Shown piece by piece: positions 29,950 to 43,294 of a stretch of DNA of 64,000 bases. Every line of letters begins with the position of its first letter. Within the stretch, counting starts at the first letter, position 1. The position numbers and the translations under genes were made by a program. Source of the stretch: Eledone cirrhosa. Lineage: Eukaryota. The stretch covers positions 370,326,001 to 370,390,000 of the forward strand of contig OZ024741.1 in NCBI GenBank assembly GCA_964016885.1. Direction: 5' to 3'. The notes under the pieces are model-generated. The model ran no database searches and was not told the origin of the DNA. It saw only the letters and a list, made by a program, of their open reading frames with translations.

Positions 29950-30640
29950 AATAACATTATGAATGCGTAAAAAGTTAGAAGATTGCACGAATAGCTATGT
30001 GGGTGACTTAGAATATAGTTTACTTCTTTTTATCAACTAAAGCCTTAGACTTCATTATTTGAATATCAAGGACTCTAGTATATACTGTATTATTCATGCT
30101 AATAAAATATCAATAATGATTTGTAATGTATCTTATTGCTTTGAAAATTTACCACACAGTCAATTGTATACAAATATGGGATCAACAGATGAATATGAGA
30201 CCAGTGACCTAGTAGGCCTACACTTACGTCAAATGCTTAAATTGGTTAATGCCCCAAAACGCCCTTAAACTGGTTGATTTGATTGCTATATGGTTTGTAT
30301 CAGCATGAAAAAGTTAATATAAGCTGCACGAGTGTGTATAGAACATGTATGTCTATAGAGATGAATTGAAAAAGTAATGAAAGGTTTAGCAATTAATCCC
30401 AAATAATGTAGACTATTATATTGATAATTGCTTTGAATGTTGTTACACTTAAAGAATAATTACATGTATAAACAGAAAATATATTTATCTCTTCGTATTA
30501 AAAAGAATTTAGCGTTTGTTATAGTTTTCACCTATAATTTAACAACGCGATAATTAGATATATTGTTTAACACAATTCACTCAGTTACATGTATTGAGTA
30601 CTCTGATTTTATTTGTGAAAGCACCTATAAACTATTATAT
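29950..30640 (+). pseudogene. Very degenerate Penelope-like (Naiad-type) reverse transcriptase fragment
   Basis: MGSTDEYETSDLVGLHL resembles the MGSxDGAExxxLVGLxL motif; KALDF remnant upstream. Confidence 0.5.
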
Positions 30641-30856
30641 ATAAATATAGACACACCTATATATATATTGCACACACACAGACGCATACACACACGCAAT
30701 CCTCACACATATATATACATACTTTACACACACATGCACATGCACACACACACACTATATGTATATATCTATATATCTATATATATCTATATATCTATAT
30801 ATATATATATATCTATATATATATATAAATATAAATACACGCACACACACACACAT

Positions 30857-31209
30857 CTTTGTTCTGTCCTACGCCATCTTGTTTTTGTGTGTGTGAACAC
30901 TCACAAAAACAAGATGGCGTAGGACAGAACAAAGGAGAGGCACAAAAACAAAGAAAATAATCCCCAGTCACTGAAGAGATCACAGAATGTGTGACGAAAG
31001 AACTTTGACAATATATGAACAATCGTCTCGTTGTGGAACCAACCAACCAACCGGAATTCCTAAATTTATAAATTTAATTTATAATAAATTGAAGTGAAAG
31101 CAAACGGGCGTGTGTTTCTTATTGGCAACATGACCCTCCCAAAGTATAACAATATCGGTTTCAACACACGTTTTCAGATAAGGAATCTTGCTAAACAAAT
31201 TCAGAAACG

Positions 31210-31210
<1 letters not shown>
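30857..31210 (+). mobile_element. PLE pseudo-LTR-like element, family C, with a 5' inverted repeat
   Basis: Perfect 33-bp inverted arms at 30857-30889 and 30902-30934, then a hammerhead; relatives at about 41850-42110 and 33328-33390. Confidence 0.72.
30967..31009 (+). ncRNA. Minimal type I hammerhead ribozyme motif
   Basis: GTCA-CTGAAGA-GATCACA-GAATG-TGTGAC-GAAA-GAAC-TT-TGAC. Confidence 0.75.
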
Positions 31211-31263
<53 letters not shown>

Positions 31264-31377
31264 CTTCCGTTTTTCGGCTATAGCCCATTCATTCATTCGA
31301 GTTAAAAATCCGGAAGGTGAACGCACGTCCTCGAAAATAGTTTATTAACTGTTGTAGAACTAAATTATATATATATA

Positions 31378-31616
31378 TCTTCTTCACCCACTTATTCTTG
31401 AGAGGGTCGTAGGGGCAGAATTTTCAAACAATCGTTCCTGCGGGTCCTGCCAGAAGCAACCATCTCCAGCTAATCCGGCTGGATCCCCAAGTGAGACCAG
31501 TCAAGCTCATGGATGTTATCCAACCATCTTGCTCAGGGTTTATCCCTGGGTCCCCTACCGGTTGGTTTTGCTCGTGAAATTTGTCCAGCGATTCTTTCCT
31601 GAGACATTCTAACCAC
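31378..31616 (-). mobile_element. RTE-clade LINE 3' fragment
   Basis: Minus-strand RMSQERIA..KPTGRGPRDKP*ARWLDNI. Confidence 0.65.
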
Positions 31617-31649
31617 ATATATATATGCCTATATAATCTTGGGCATATA

Positions 31650-31725
31650 AAGGGTGTCCCCACAAAATGTATACACACTTCAACAGCAGTCTGATCAAAG
31701 TGTATATTCATTTTTTGGGGACACC

Positions 31726-31728
<3 letters not shown>
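31650..31728. mobile_element. About 79-bp Tc1/mariner-type MITE
   Basis: TIRs AGGGTGTCCCCACAAAATG / CATTTTTTGGGGACACCCTG, flanked by TA. Confidence 0.82.
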
Positions 31729-31771
<43 letters not shown>

Positions 31772-32010
31772 GAGTGGGAGTGAGTAAAATCGAAGTTCGG
31801 CGTTCAGCCAGCATCCACAAACAGACAATATATATATATATATTTATATATATATGCATGCATATATGTATGTATATATATATATATTATGTCCATTATT
31901 ATATATTATATATATATTATGCCAAATTATCATTTGTGTTGTCGATTTCCCCTCACGTTATCAGCTAAAAGTATGAAGAAACGTCTCTTCTATAGCAATG
32001 CATTTCACAA

Positions 32011-32050
<40 letters not shown>

Positions 32051-32230
32051 AGAATAGCACAAAATACATGTAAATACAGATGAAAACAAACACTAACAGC
32101 TTAATATCATAACACAGCAAACACTTGACAAACGTAGTTTGCTCCCCCTTCTATAAATACACACGCATATATATATACTATGTGTGTGTGTATATATATA
32201 TACACCCCCCCCCCACACACACACACACGC

Positions 32231-32340
<110 letters not shown>

Positions 32341-32377
32341 GCCTGTGGGTGTATAAATATATATCTATATATATACA

Positions 32378-33145
32378 CACCATTTTTCGGAATGTAGGAC
32401 GCGCATTTTTTCAAAATTTGACCCTCAAAATCAGCGTACGCCTTATAAGGCGAAGGTCAGGTTTGAGGTAATTACCGTATGTAAACATTTTATAATTAAA
32501 AAGTAGGAAATATTCAGACTTTTGTTTAAATTTCTGAAAGTACACCTTCTTGTTTGGGACCAATTTCGTGCACATGCGGCTGAGAATACAGTAAGGAAGG
32601 TAAAGTATTTAAACACTGAAATAGCTGCCATACTTGGTGGACTGACTTCTCAATTACAACTCCTTGATGTTTCTCTAAACAAGCCTTTTAAGGCACACAT
32701 GAGAGGTAAATGAGATAAATGGATGAAAGACACGCAACATGAACTGACACCAGCAGGACGTATGAAGAGGCCTACATTTTCCCAGGTAACCCAGTAGTTG
32801 AAAAACTCGTGGGGTGCTGTGAAAACCGAGGCAGTTATAAAACCTTTCAAAAAATGTGGCATCAGCAACGCCCTAGATGGCATCGAAGATGGTTTTCTGT
32901 ATAATGAGAGGGATACATGTGATTCTGAAAACAGCGATGACCCCAGGGAATGTGGATAAGATAATGAATTTCAGGAACTAGATGAGGGTGACAGCCAGGA
33001 AATCAATGAGGATGACAGTAATCATGATTTTATAAGATTTGAAAGTGATCAAAATTTTAATAGCGTTAATAGTGTTAATTCCCCTTAATTTTATTTTTCC
33101 TGGATATTCATCTTAAATTTAGAGTGTGTCCTATATTCCGAAAAA

Positions 33146-33150
<5 letters not shown>
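32378..33150 (+). mobile_element. pogo/Tigger-type DNA transposon, internally deleted
   Basis: TIRs ATTTTTCGGAATGTAGGACGC / GTGTCCTATATTCCGAAAAATAC; DDE_1-like LLVWDQFRAH...GGLTSQLQLLDVSLNKPFK with stops. Confidence 0.88.
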
Positions 33151-33184
<34 letters not shown>

Positions 33185-33254
33185 AGAGGAAATGGTATAT
33201 ATTTTATCTAATAATTCTAAGGACATGATTTATGATATATATATATATACATAT

Positions 33255-33330
<76 letters not shown>

Positions 33331-33383
33331 CGGCGATGAATTAGTTCTGGCAATATTACACAAATATGACCCTCCCCAAGTAT

Positions 33384-33466
<83 letters not shown>

Positions 33467-33612
33467 GGTAACAAAGAATGTGTGGTAAGATACCAGGTGG
33501 TCCATAACGCACCAGAGTACTCGATATTTAGTTCGGATCTAGCTGTCGAAATGGCCGGAGCTCAGCCGTCAGGGTCCTGACTCTAAATTATATATATATA
33601 TATATATATATT

Positions 33613-33647
<35 letters not shown>

Positions 33648-33838
33648 AACAAGGGGAAGAAGAATACTGCATGGTTGCACATGGATTACATATTATAAAA
33701 TTAGTCCCTCATCAGTGATTTGCCAACGATCATTGGTATTTCATCGCATTAAAAATCAGATACCTCAGGTTGGTGCGAGCAATAACTAAAATAAGCTATT
33801 GGGACAAGTGAAACGCGTAAAGCGAGTGAGACAAGTAA

Positions 33839-33996
<158 letters not shown>

Positions 33997-34004
33997 TATA
34001 TATA

Positions 34005-34040
<36 letters not shown>

Positions 34041-34183
34041 TATATATATATTTATATATATATATATATATAGTTCGGAATAAAAGAAAAGAAAAAAAAA
34101 CACACACAAACGCAGGAGTAAATGTTACAAATATTATTAGATTCACTCAGGGCTCACTCACGCTTGGTGAGGGTGACACATAC

Positions 34184-34266
<83 letters not shown>

Positions 34267-34870
34267 CGCATGTATGTATGTATGCTAATTCGTAGGGTGC
34301 TGTAGTCACAAAACCCGTTTCTTGGACATTTTAAACTGCCCAGAACCCATTCATGCACATGCCTGAACGCAGATGATTCCTTCCTGAGAAGAAGTAAGGA
34401 AGATATATTGAGAAAGAATCGACCTCAGATTGTTACATTTTCATTTTAATCGACCTCCAACGGATTAAGGCCCAAGTTGACGTTGGTGCATATTGAACTT
34501 ACTGAACTTAACTGTGGAGAGAGCCGGAACGTTCTAACTAATAGATAGAAAGATAGATAGATTATGTGTGTGTGTGTATGTATTTGTATTTGTGATTATT
34601 CGTCGTATGTGTTTGCGGCAGAGTATAGTGTGTATAATACATGAGATTTTATATATGCATTATGGTGGTGCACCTACAAATGCAAATGTATTATACACAT
34701 CGTACCTTGTAGGAAGTAAATGCGACGAATAGATACAAATTCATTTACACATTCATTCATAGTTTCTCCCTCACACACAAACTAACACCTACAGACGCAC
34801 ACATACACACACACACACACATACAGACACACACACACACAGACACACACACACATACAGACACACTTAC

Positions 34871-34901
34871 CTGTAATGATCTTTTGGTATAGCAAGCATA
34901 T
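34871..34901 (-). CDS. Candidate 31-nt microexon of an unidentified host gene
   Basis: tatag|ATATGCTTGCTATACCAAAAGATCATTACAG|gtaagt; consensus donor; reads DMLAIPKDHY in phase 1. Confidence 0.4.
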
Positions 34902-34994
34902 CTATATATACTATATACTGTATGAATATAATTGTATTATCAGTACAGCTACAGTATATATATGACTATATGGTATCTAAATCTAATAGGTGTA

Positions 34995-37730
34995 TAAACT
35001 GGTATCACATCTACATACACAGTGTGTATATAGTATATGATATATCACATCTAAATATACAGTGTGTATATAGTATATAATATATCACATCTACATATAC
35101 AGTGTGTATATAGTATATAATATATCATATCTACATATACAGTGTGTATATAATATATAATATGTCACATCTACAAATACAGAGTGTATATAATATATAA
35201 TATATCATATCTACATATACAGTGTGTATATAATATATAATATGTCACATCTACAAATACAGAGTGTATATAATATATAATATATCATATCAAATATACA
35301 GTGTGTATATAATATATAATATATCACATCTACAGCTACAATGTGTATATAGTATATAATATATCATATCTACATATACAGTGTGTATATAATATAAAAT
35401 ATATCATATCTACATATACAGTGTGTATATAATATATAATATATCCCATCTACATATACAGTGTGTATATAATATATAATATATCATATCTAAATATACA
35501 GTGTGTATATAATTGTATCACATCTATAGCTAGTGTGTATAAGTATATCATACATGGAACTACAGTGTGTATATACAGTAGTATATAAGTATATAACATC
35601 ATGGAACTAGAGTGTAAATAAAGTAGTATATAAGTATATAACATCAACGAACGGTAGTATGTATATAAAGTAGTATATAAGTATATAACATCATCGAACT
35701 ACAGTGTATATACAGTAGTATATAAGTATATAACATCATGGAACTACAGTGTATATATACAGTAGTACATAAGTATATAAGATCATGGAACTACAGTGTA
35801 TATATACAGTAGTATATAAGTATATAACATCATGGAACTACAGTGTATATATATACAGTAGTACATAAGTATATAACATCATGGAACTACAGTGTATATA
35901 TACAGTAGTATATAAGTATATAACATCATGGAACTACAGTGTATATAAAGTAGTATATGAGTATATAACATCATGGAACTACAGTGTATATACAGTAGTA
36001 TATAAGTATATAAGTATATAACATCATGGAACTAGAGTGTATATAAAGTAGTACATAAGTATATAAGATCATGGAAATACAGTGTATATATACAGTAGTA
36101 TATAAGTATATAACATCATGGAACTGCAGTGTATATATACAGTAGTATATAAGTATATAACATCATGGAGCTACAGTGTATATAAAGTGTATATAAGTAT
36201 ATAACATCATGGAACTAGAGTGTATATAAAGTAGTATATGAGTATATAACAGTAGTATATAAGTATATAACATCATGGAACTAGAGTGTATATAAAGTAG
36301 TACATAAGTATATAAGATCATGGAACTACAGTGTATATATACAGTAGAATATAAGTATATAACATCATGGAACTAGAGTGTATATATATACAGTAGTATA
36401 TAAGTATATAACATCATGGAACTGCAGTGTATATATACAGTAGTATATAAGTATATAACATCATGGAACTACAGTGTATATATGCAGTAGTATATAAGTA
36501 TATAACATCAAGGAACTACAGTGTATATATACAGTAGTATAAAAGTATATAACATCATGGAACTACAGTGTATATATACAGTAGAATATAAGTATATAAC
36601 ATCATGGAACTAGAGTGTATATAAAGTAGTATATGAGTATATAACATCATGGAACTACAGTGTATATATATACAGTAGTATAAAAGTATATAACATCATG
36701 GAACTACAGTGTATATATACAGTAGTATATAAATATATAACATCATGGAACTACAGTGTATATATACAGTAGTATATATGTATATAACATCATGGAACTA
36801 CAGTGTATATACAGTAGTATATAAGTATATAACATCATGGAACTGCAGTGTATATACAGTAGTATATAAGTATATAACATCATGGAACTACAGTGTATAT
36901 ATACAGTAGTATATCAGTATATAACAACATGGAAGTAGAGTGTATATAAAGTAGTATATGAGTATATAACATCATGGAACTACAGTGTATATACAGTAGT
37001 ATATAAGTATATAAGTATATAACATCATGGAACTAGAGTGTATATAAAGTAGTACATAAGTATATAACATCAAGGAACTACAGTATATATATACAGTAGT
37101 ATATAAATATATAACATCATGGAACTACAGTGTATATATATATATACAGTAGTATATAAGTATATAACATCATGGAACTGCAGTGTATATATACAGTAGT
37201 ATATAAGTATATAACATCATGGAACTACAGTGTATATATACAGTAGTATATAAGTATATAACATCAAGGAACTACAGTGTATATATACAGTAGTATATAA
37301 GTATATAAGATCATGGAACTAGAGTGTATATATACAGTAGTATATAAGTATATAACATCATGGATCTACAGTGTATATATACAGTAGTATATAATTATAT
37401 AACATCAAGGAACTGCAGTGTGTATATAAAGTAGTACATAAGTAGATCACATCTACATATTTAGTGTGTATAGAATTGTAACACATCTATAGCTAGTGTG
37501 TATATCACGTATGGAACTACATCTATAGCTAGTGTGTATAAGTATATCACACATGGAAGTACAGTGTGTATATATATACAGTAGTATATAAGTAGATCAT
37601 ATCTATTCAGTGTGTGTATATACAGTAGTATATAGATCACATTTATTCAGTGTGTATATAATTGTAAGGCATCTAGATCTTCAGTGAGAGAGTAATTGTA
37701 TTACATATTGTATGTATAACATCTATAGTG
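34995..37730. repeat. AT-rich satellite: about 38-bp units (35000-35520) grading into about 44-46-bp units AAGTATATAACATCATGGAACTACAGTGTATATATACAGTAGTATAT (35540-37440)
   Basis: Directly visible tandem array. Confidence 0.95.
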
Positions 37731-37950
37731 AGAGTGTATATATGTGTGTCTCATCTATAGCTATTGTGTGTTTATATATTTCTATCAATGGTTAAAAACC
37801 TATGTTCTTCCCTTATAATTGAGTTTGGGTCGATGTGAAATATTATCGCATCTATTTCCGTAAAACATCTTAGTGACTTCAAATGTTTTCAGTAATTTTA
37901 TGTATCATATGTATGTATATATATGTATATATGTATATATGTTTGTATGT

Positions 37951-39480
37951 ATGTTATCTCTTTCTCTTAATTTCGAGTATATTTTTTTGACCGGCCACCT
38001 TCCTGGTGGCAAGGTTGTAAAAGAAAAGAAATTGTCATCCCTTGAATCGCAAGAATGTTTTGCAAATTTTGAAGGTGCCAGCTATCGCAGCCATTTGTAG
38101 ACTATGAATTAGGGAGCTGCGCTCTTTGTCCGGAAATCCAAGTTCAGTCATACTTTGGTCCAAGCGGGTTGGTATATAACCCGTAGCTCCAATAATGATG
38201 GGTATGAAGCTAAAGGTGTATCTTGGATACTGGATTTATAAACTCCTCATCAATGGTCCGTAGATGTCCTCCTTCTCCTGTATTTTTCTGACAACGTTTA
38301 CATCAAGTGGGCAGCTGATCTCCACAACAGAACACGTTTTCAATGCGTGGTCCCAAACAACAATATCAGGCCGCTAGTGCTTTAATTTGGTGGCAGTTTT
38401 TATTTTCAGGTTCCACCAGTATTCCTTAGTGCCATCTGTCTCAATATATTCTTCCTCGTTTGTTGTTAATTTTGTTTTCCGAAGTGCGTTCCAGATGGTT
38501 CTAGCTATCCCATCGTGTCTCATGGGGAGGTAGTAGCGAGATGACATTCTTTCGCAGCTGGCAACAATGTGGCTTACATCCTCGATCTTTGTTTTACATA
38601 GCCTACATTTATTGTCAGCTGATGGCCCTCCCCTATGTATGTGTATATGTATATATGTATGTATATATGTTTGTATGTATGTATGTATGTATGTATGTAT
38701 GTATGTATGTATGTATGTATGTATGTATGTATGTATGTATGGTCTTTTGTATGTATGTATGTATGTATGTATGTATGTATGTATGTATGTATGTATGTAT
38801 CTATGTATGTATGTATGTTTGTATGTATGTATGTCTTTTTGTATCTATGTATGTATGTTTGCATGCATGTATGTATGTATGTATGTATGTATGTTATCTC
38901 TTTCTCTTAATTTCGAGTATATTTTTTTGACCGGCCACCTTCCTGGTGGCAAGATTGTAAAAGAAAAGAAATTGTCATCCCTTGAATCGCAAGAATGTTT
39001 TGCAAATTTTGAAGGTGCCAGCTATCGCAGCCATTTGTAGACTATGAATTAGGGAGCTGCGCTTTTTGTCCGCAAATCCAAGTTCAGTCATACTTTGGTC
39101 CAAGCGGGTTGGTATATAACCCGTAGCTCCAATAATGATGGGTATGAAGCTAAAGGTGTATCTTGGATACTGGATTTGTAAACTCCTCATCAATGGTCCG
39201 TAGATGTCCTCCTTCTCCTGTATTTTTCTGACAACGTTTACAACAAGTGGGCAGCTGATCTCCACAACAGAACACGTTTTCAATGTGTGGTCCCAAACAA
39301 CAATATCAGGCCGCTAGTGCTTTAATTTGGTGGCAGTTTTTATTTTCAGGTTCCACCAGTATTCCTTAGTGCCATCTGTCTCAATATATTCTTCCTCGTT
39401 TGTTGTTAATTTTGTTTTCCGAAGTGCGTTCCAGATGGTTCTAGCTATCCCATCGTGTCTCATGGGGAGGTAGTAGCGAG
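37951..39480 (-). mobile_element. Duplicated 3' end of an RLE-type (R4/Dong-like) non-LTR element
   Basis: 590-bp direct repeats at 37951-38540 and 38891-39480; RPDIVVW..VVEISCP..EKEDIY RLE motif; copy 1 extends to CRLC..EDVSHIVASC; diverged relative at about 52195-52460. Confidence 0.85.
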
Positions 39481-39582
39481 TATGTATGTATGTATACGTG
39501 TGCATATATATATATATATATCTGTATATGCATGCATGAATAAATATATATAATATATATATATATATATACATACATACTT

Positions 39583-39679
<97 letters not shown>

Positions 39680-39684
39680 GATAT

Positions 39685-39769
<85 letters not shown>

Positions 39770-40229
39770 AGACAGATAGATAGATCGATAGATAGGTAGA
39801 CATATGCAGTTCGAAAAAAATGAATTAAAAAAAGACATTCTGATTAAAATAGAACCTATCTGGTTCTCACGAATAATTAACATTCGATATTACCCAGACG
39901 AGATAAACACAGATGGAAATACATAATCAGGATTTTAGATTAGGCCTATGTGTGATCTTTAAATATATTTCTTTGAATAATTCAATGAGTTTTCTCTCAA
40001 TTTATCAGTTTGTCGCTTATTTATATTTTTAGGAATTAATCGTCCATCATCTCTGTGTAACCTGGTCTTAGTGTCATGGCATCTTATATGGGATTAAGTA
40101 GAAAGTATATAATCCAATTACTTGTGAAATATTTGTTAATTTCTTGAACTTATAAAAACATCGTTTCCCTTATTCCATGGTGTATTATTGAAAAACCGTA
40201 CTGCTAGTCTTGCAAGTATAACCCCATCA

Positions 40230-40355
<126 letters not shown>

Positions 40356-40728
40356 TTAGAATGGTGGTTAGGACGGAACAAGAGGAGAAAATAAGAAAGA
40401 AGAAAGAATTCTTCGTCAGCTGTAAAAACCGCGATCTAGATGTTTCGGCTCTGAATTAAAGGACATCTGTAGCGATCGGGAGCGCCCAAGGCCTTTTATT
40501 AATCAAAAGGCCAGGAGGAAAAGAAAAGAGAAATGAGAGAAAAGGGGAGGAAAAAGAGGGAAAATAGGAAGAAGAACCGACCGGGGGGGGGGGGGGAGAA
40601 AGAGAGAAGGGGAAAAAGGGTGAAAAAAGGAGAAAAAAATTCTTGTTTCTTCTTTTCTCCTCTTGTTCCTTCCTAACCACCATCCTATACCTTGTTTTTA
40701 GTAACCACACAACTCCTTTCGTTTCGTA

Positions 40729-40778
<50 letters not shown>

Positions 40779-40837
40779 AATACATGTACATATGTATATG
40801 TATATATGTATATGCATGTGTGCATGTGTATGTATAA

Positions 40838-41192
40838 GCGCGGGGGACATAGGAATAGTCGGACTGGATACCCGATCACGTGGTCAAACCACTGGGAGTG
40901 AAGGATCCCTAGCCTTTGTCGGGGTATTCTTCTAGGAGAAGGTAACTGAGGAAACTGGGATAACTCCGATATAAAACCTGCGGCTCAGTAGTTACCGATG
41001 ATGTTGATCTTTTCTTCTTTTCGGGTTATAGTTACTGTCTCTCAGAGAATGAGATTGGCTCAGTGCACAAACTTTCCTCACTTTAAAAAAAATCTTCATG
41101 CACAGGCATTGCACAATGAAATTAATTAATAATTATTAATAATGATATATCTTGCAATGGACATACTCGATAATGAAGGGGCAGCCATCATA
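40838..41192 (+). mobile_element. Non-autonomous bipartite RTE derivative (5' UTR joined to the 3' terminus)
   Basis: CTAGGAGAAGG...GATATAAAACCTGC and GCACAGGCATTGC shared with 54310-54471; 3' end matches 2689-2727. Confidence 0.7.
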
Positions 41193-41239
41193 TATAAGAA
41201 TAACATTAAGAAGGATGCTGATGTTACATAAATCGTTTA

Positions 41240-41330
41240 TTCATAATTATTATTTCAACGGTTCTCTTATACAGTTCAAGTTGTAATTTATGCATTTTCT
41301 GTTGTTATGAGAACGGTATCTTCAGATGAA
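41240..41330 (-). ncRNA. Hammerhead-like motif with a long stem II
   Basis: Minus strand TTCAT-CTGAAGA-TACCGTTCTC...GAGAACCGTT-GAAA-TAATAA-TT-ATGAA. Confidence 0.55.
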
Positions 41331-42123
41331 AAATCCTATCTTGTGATATGCCGCAGGCAAAAAAAACCCACAAAAAAACAACAACTAAAAAACAAAAAAA
41401 CAAAAACACGTCCTTCTACTTGTGTTATTCTTATACTGGATCTCTATCGTAACTACAAACTACGTATGTAAAGAGCTTTCTCCTGCTTGCTCCTGTTTCT
41501 ACACAACTTCTACTGAGCATATATATAGAAATAAACATAGAAATAACTCCACATGTAAACAAATCAGAGAAGCAACTGAGAAAGAACTAAGAAAACCAAA
41601 GTTGAACAGAAAAAACGAATGGAATAACAACAACCATACCCAAACACACAATACTGACCTAAGGTAAATATAAATAAATAAATATACACAAGTACAATAA
41701 CAACAAACAGACATAAGCACACACTAGTGAACAAAGATAGAATACAAACACATAAACTCAAACGGAAGAACGCACACCAATCAGAAAGCAAACACATAAA
41801 CGCATGGGCAAACAGAGACAGAGATAAGAATTTAAAAAAAATCAAATAAAAATGGCGTAGACATTACAATACAACGGGAGGAAACATAATAGTACCACTG
41901 ATGATGCCACAGATGTGTGACGAAGAACTTTTATAGACTATATATATATATTTATATCTGAATTTATAACCGTTGATCAATCAATGATAAACATTGATTG
42001 CCAGATAAATTAACCATGGAGATATAAAAGATACAAACCAAACAGTGAGTGTGTTCTGTTATTATTTCTAGCAATATTATAACAATATGACCCGCTCCAA
42101 ATATAACAATGTATATATATATA

Positions 42124-42579
42124 TATATTAATAAAAGGAATTCCAACTTTGTCTGATTTACTCGTTTTATTTACAATCCTTTAAAATTTATAATGGTATT
42201 AGAATGAAATAGTATGGTAGAATATTAAATGTTAAGTGTTCATATCTTCAGGTTCATATTGTGAGGTGACAGTCAAGTTTGCAATTTTCAACTGTGAAAG
42301 TTTGCAATTTTCAGGTTCATATGGTGTGGTGACAGTCATGTTTGCAATTTGCAACAGTTGAAAATTGCAAACTTGACTGTCACCACACAATATGAACCTG
42401 AAGATTGCGAAAGCATGAAAGTACTTGTTCAATTAACACTTAACATTTAATATTCTACCATACTATTTCATTCTAATACCATTATAAATTTTAAAGGATT
42501 GTAAATAAAACGAGTAAATCAGACAAAGTTGGAATTCCTCTTATTAATATAATCTTCTATACACAATCATACACACCCG
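42124..42579. mobile_element. Palindromic PLE pseudo-LTR-like element, family A copy 2
   Basis: Inverted arms homologous to 1251-1637; left arm has a deletion of the hammerhead core and an internal duplication. Confidence 0.8.
42393..42431 (+). ncRNA. Minimal type I hammerhead ribozyme motif with perfect stem I
   Basis: TGAAC-CTGAAGA-TTGCGAAAGCAT-GAAA-GTAC-TT-GTTCA. Confidence 0.8.
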
Positions 42580-42603
42580 TGTATATTTATCTATCTCTCT
42601 CTC

Positions 42604-42685
<82 letters not shown>

Positions 42686-42738
42686 TACACAGTATATATA
42701 TATATATACATATATATACATATATATATATATATACA

Positions 42739-42772
<34 letters not shown>

Positions 42773-43033
42773 TCCAAAGTGGCTGACTAAATACGCACGT
42801 GGTCTTTTTTTTCTCTTTTACTTTCTCTCCCTTCCTCTTCTCACTTACACTCTCTTTGTCTTCCTAATTTAGCTTTTATACCTCATTTTATGTTCTGCTG
42901 ACGGAGTAGTGTCCAAAACGTTAAAACTCTTTTCCTGTTAGGTGAAACTAATATTTTAAATTAATATATTTCTTCATATATAGTTCGTAAATGAAACAAA
43001 ACAAATATAGGGATGGAAGTGAAGTTTCGGTCG

Positions 43034-43098
<65 letters not shown>

Positions 43099-43249
43099 TG
43101 CTCTGAAATAGCAATGTGTGTATGAATGTATGTATAGTATATTTGATAATATACTGTATGTTTATTTGCAAACATTTTGAAGAACATTCACTGTGAGTTT
43201 TAAAGTAGTGATTATGTCATTTACTTAGTTTCGCCAAAAACAAAGGGAA

Positions 43250-43294
43250 GCAACCGATAGCCATTTCTCGCTCGTTAGCGGTTATCAAGATTGC
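43250..43294 (-). ncRNA. Hammerhead motif with U3:A8 core, family E
   Basis: Minus strand GCAATC-TTGATAA-CCGCT-AACG-AGCGA-GAAA-TGGCTA-TC-GGTTGC; 6-bp stem I including one G-U pair. Confidence 0.68.

Noticed and set aside
35540-37440. Regular repeat array as CRISPR
   Set aside because: Head-to-tail satellite with no unique spacers
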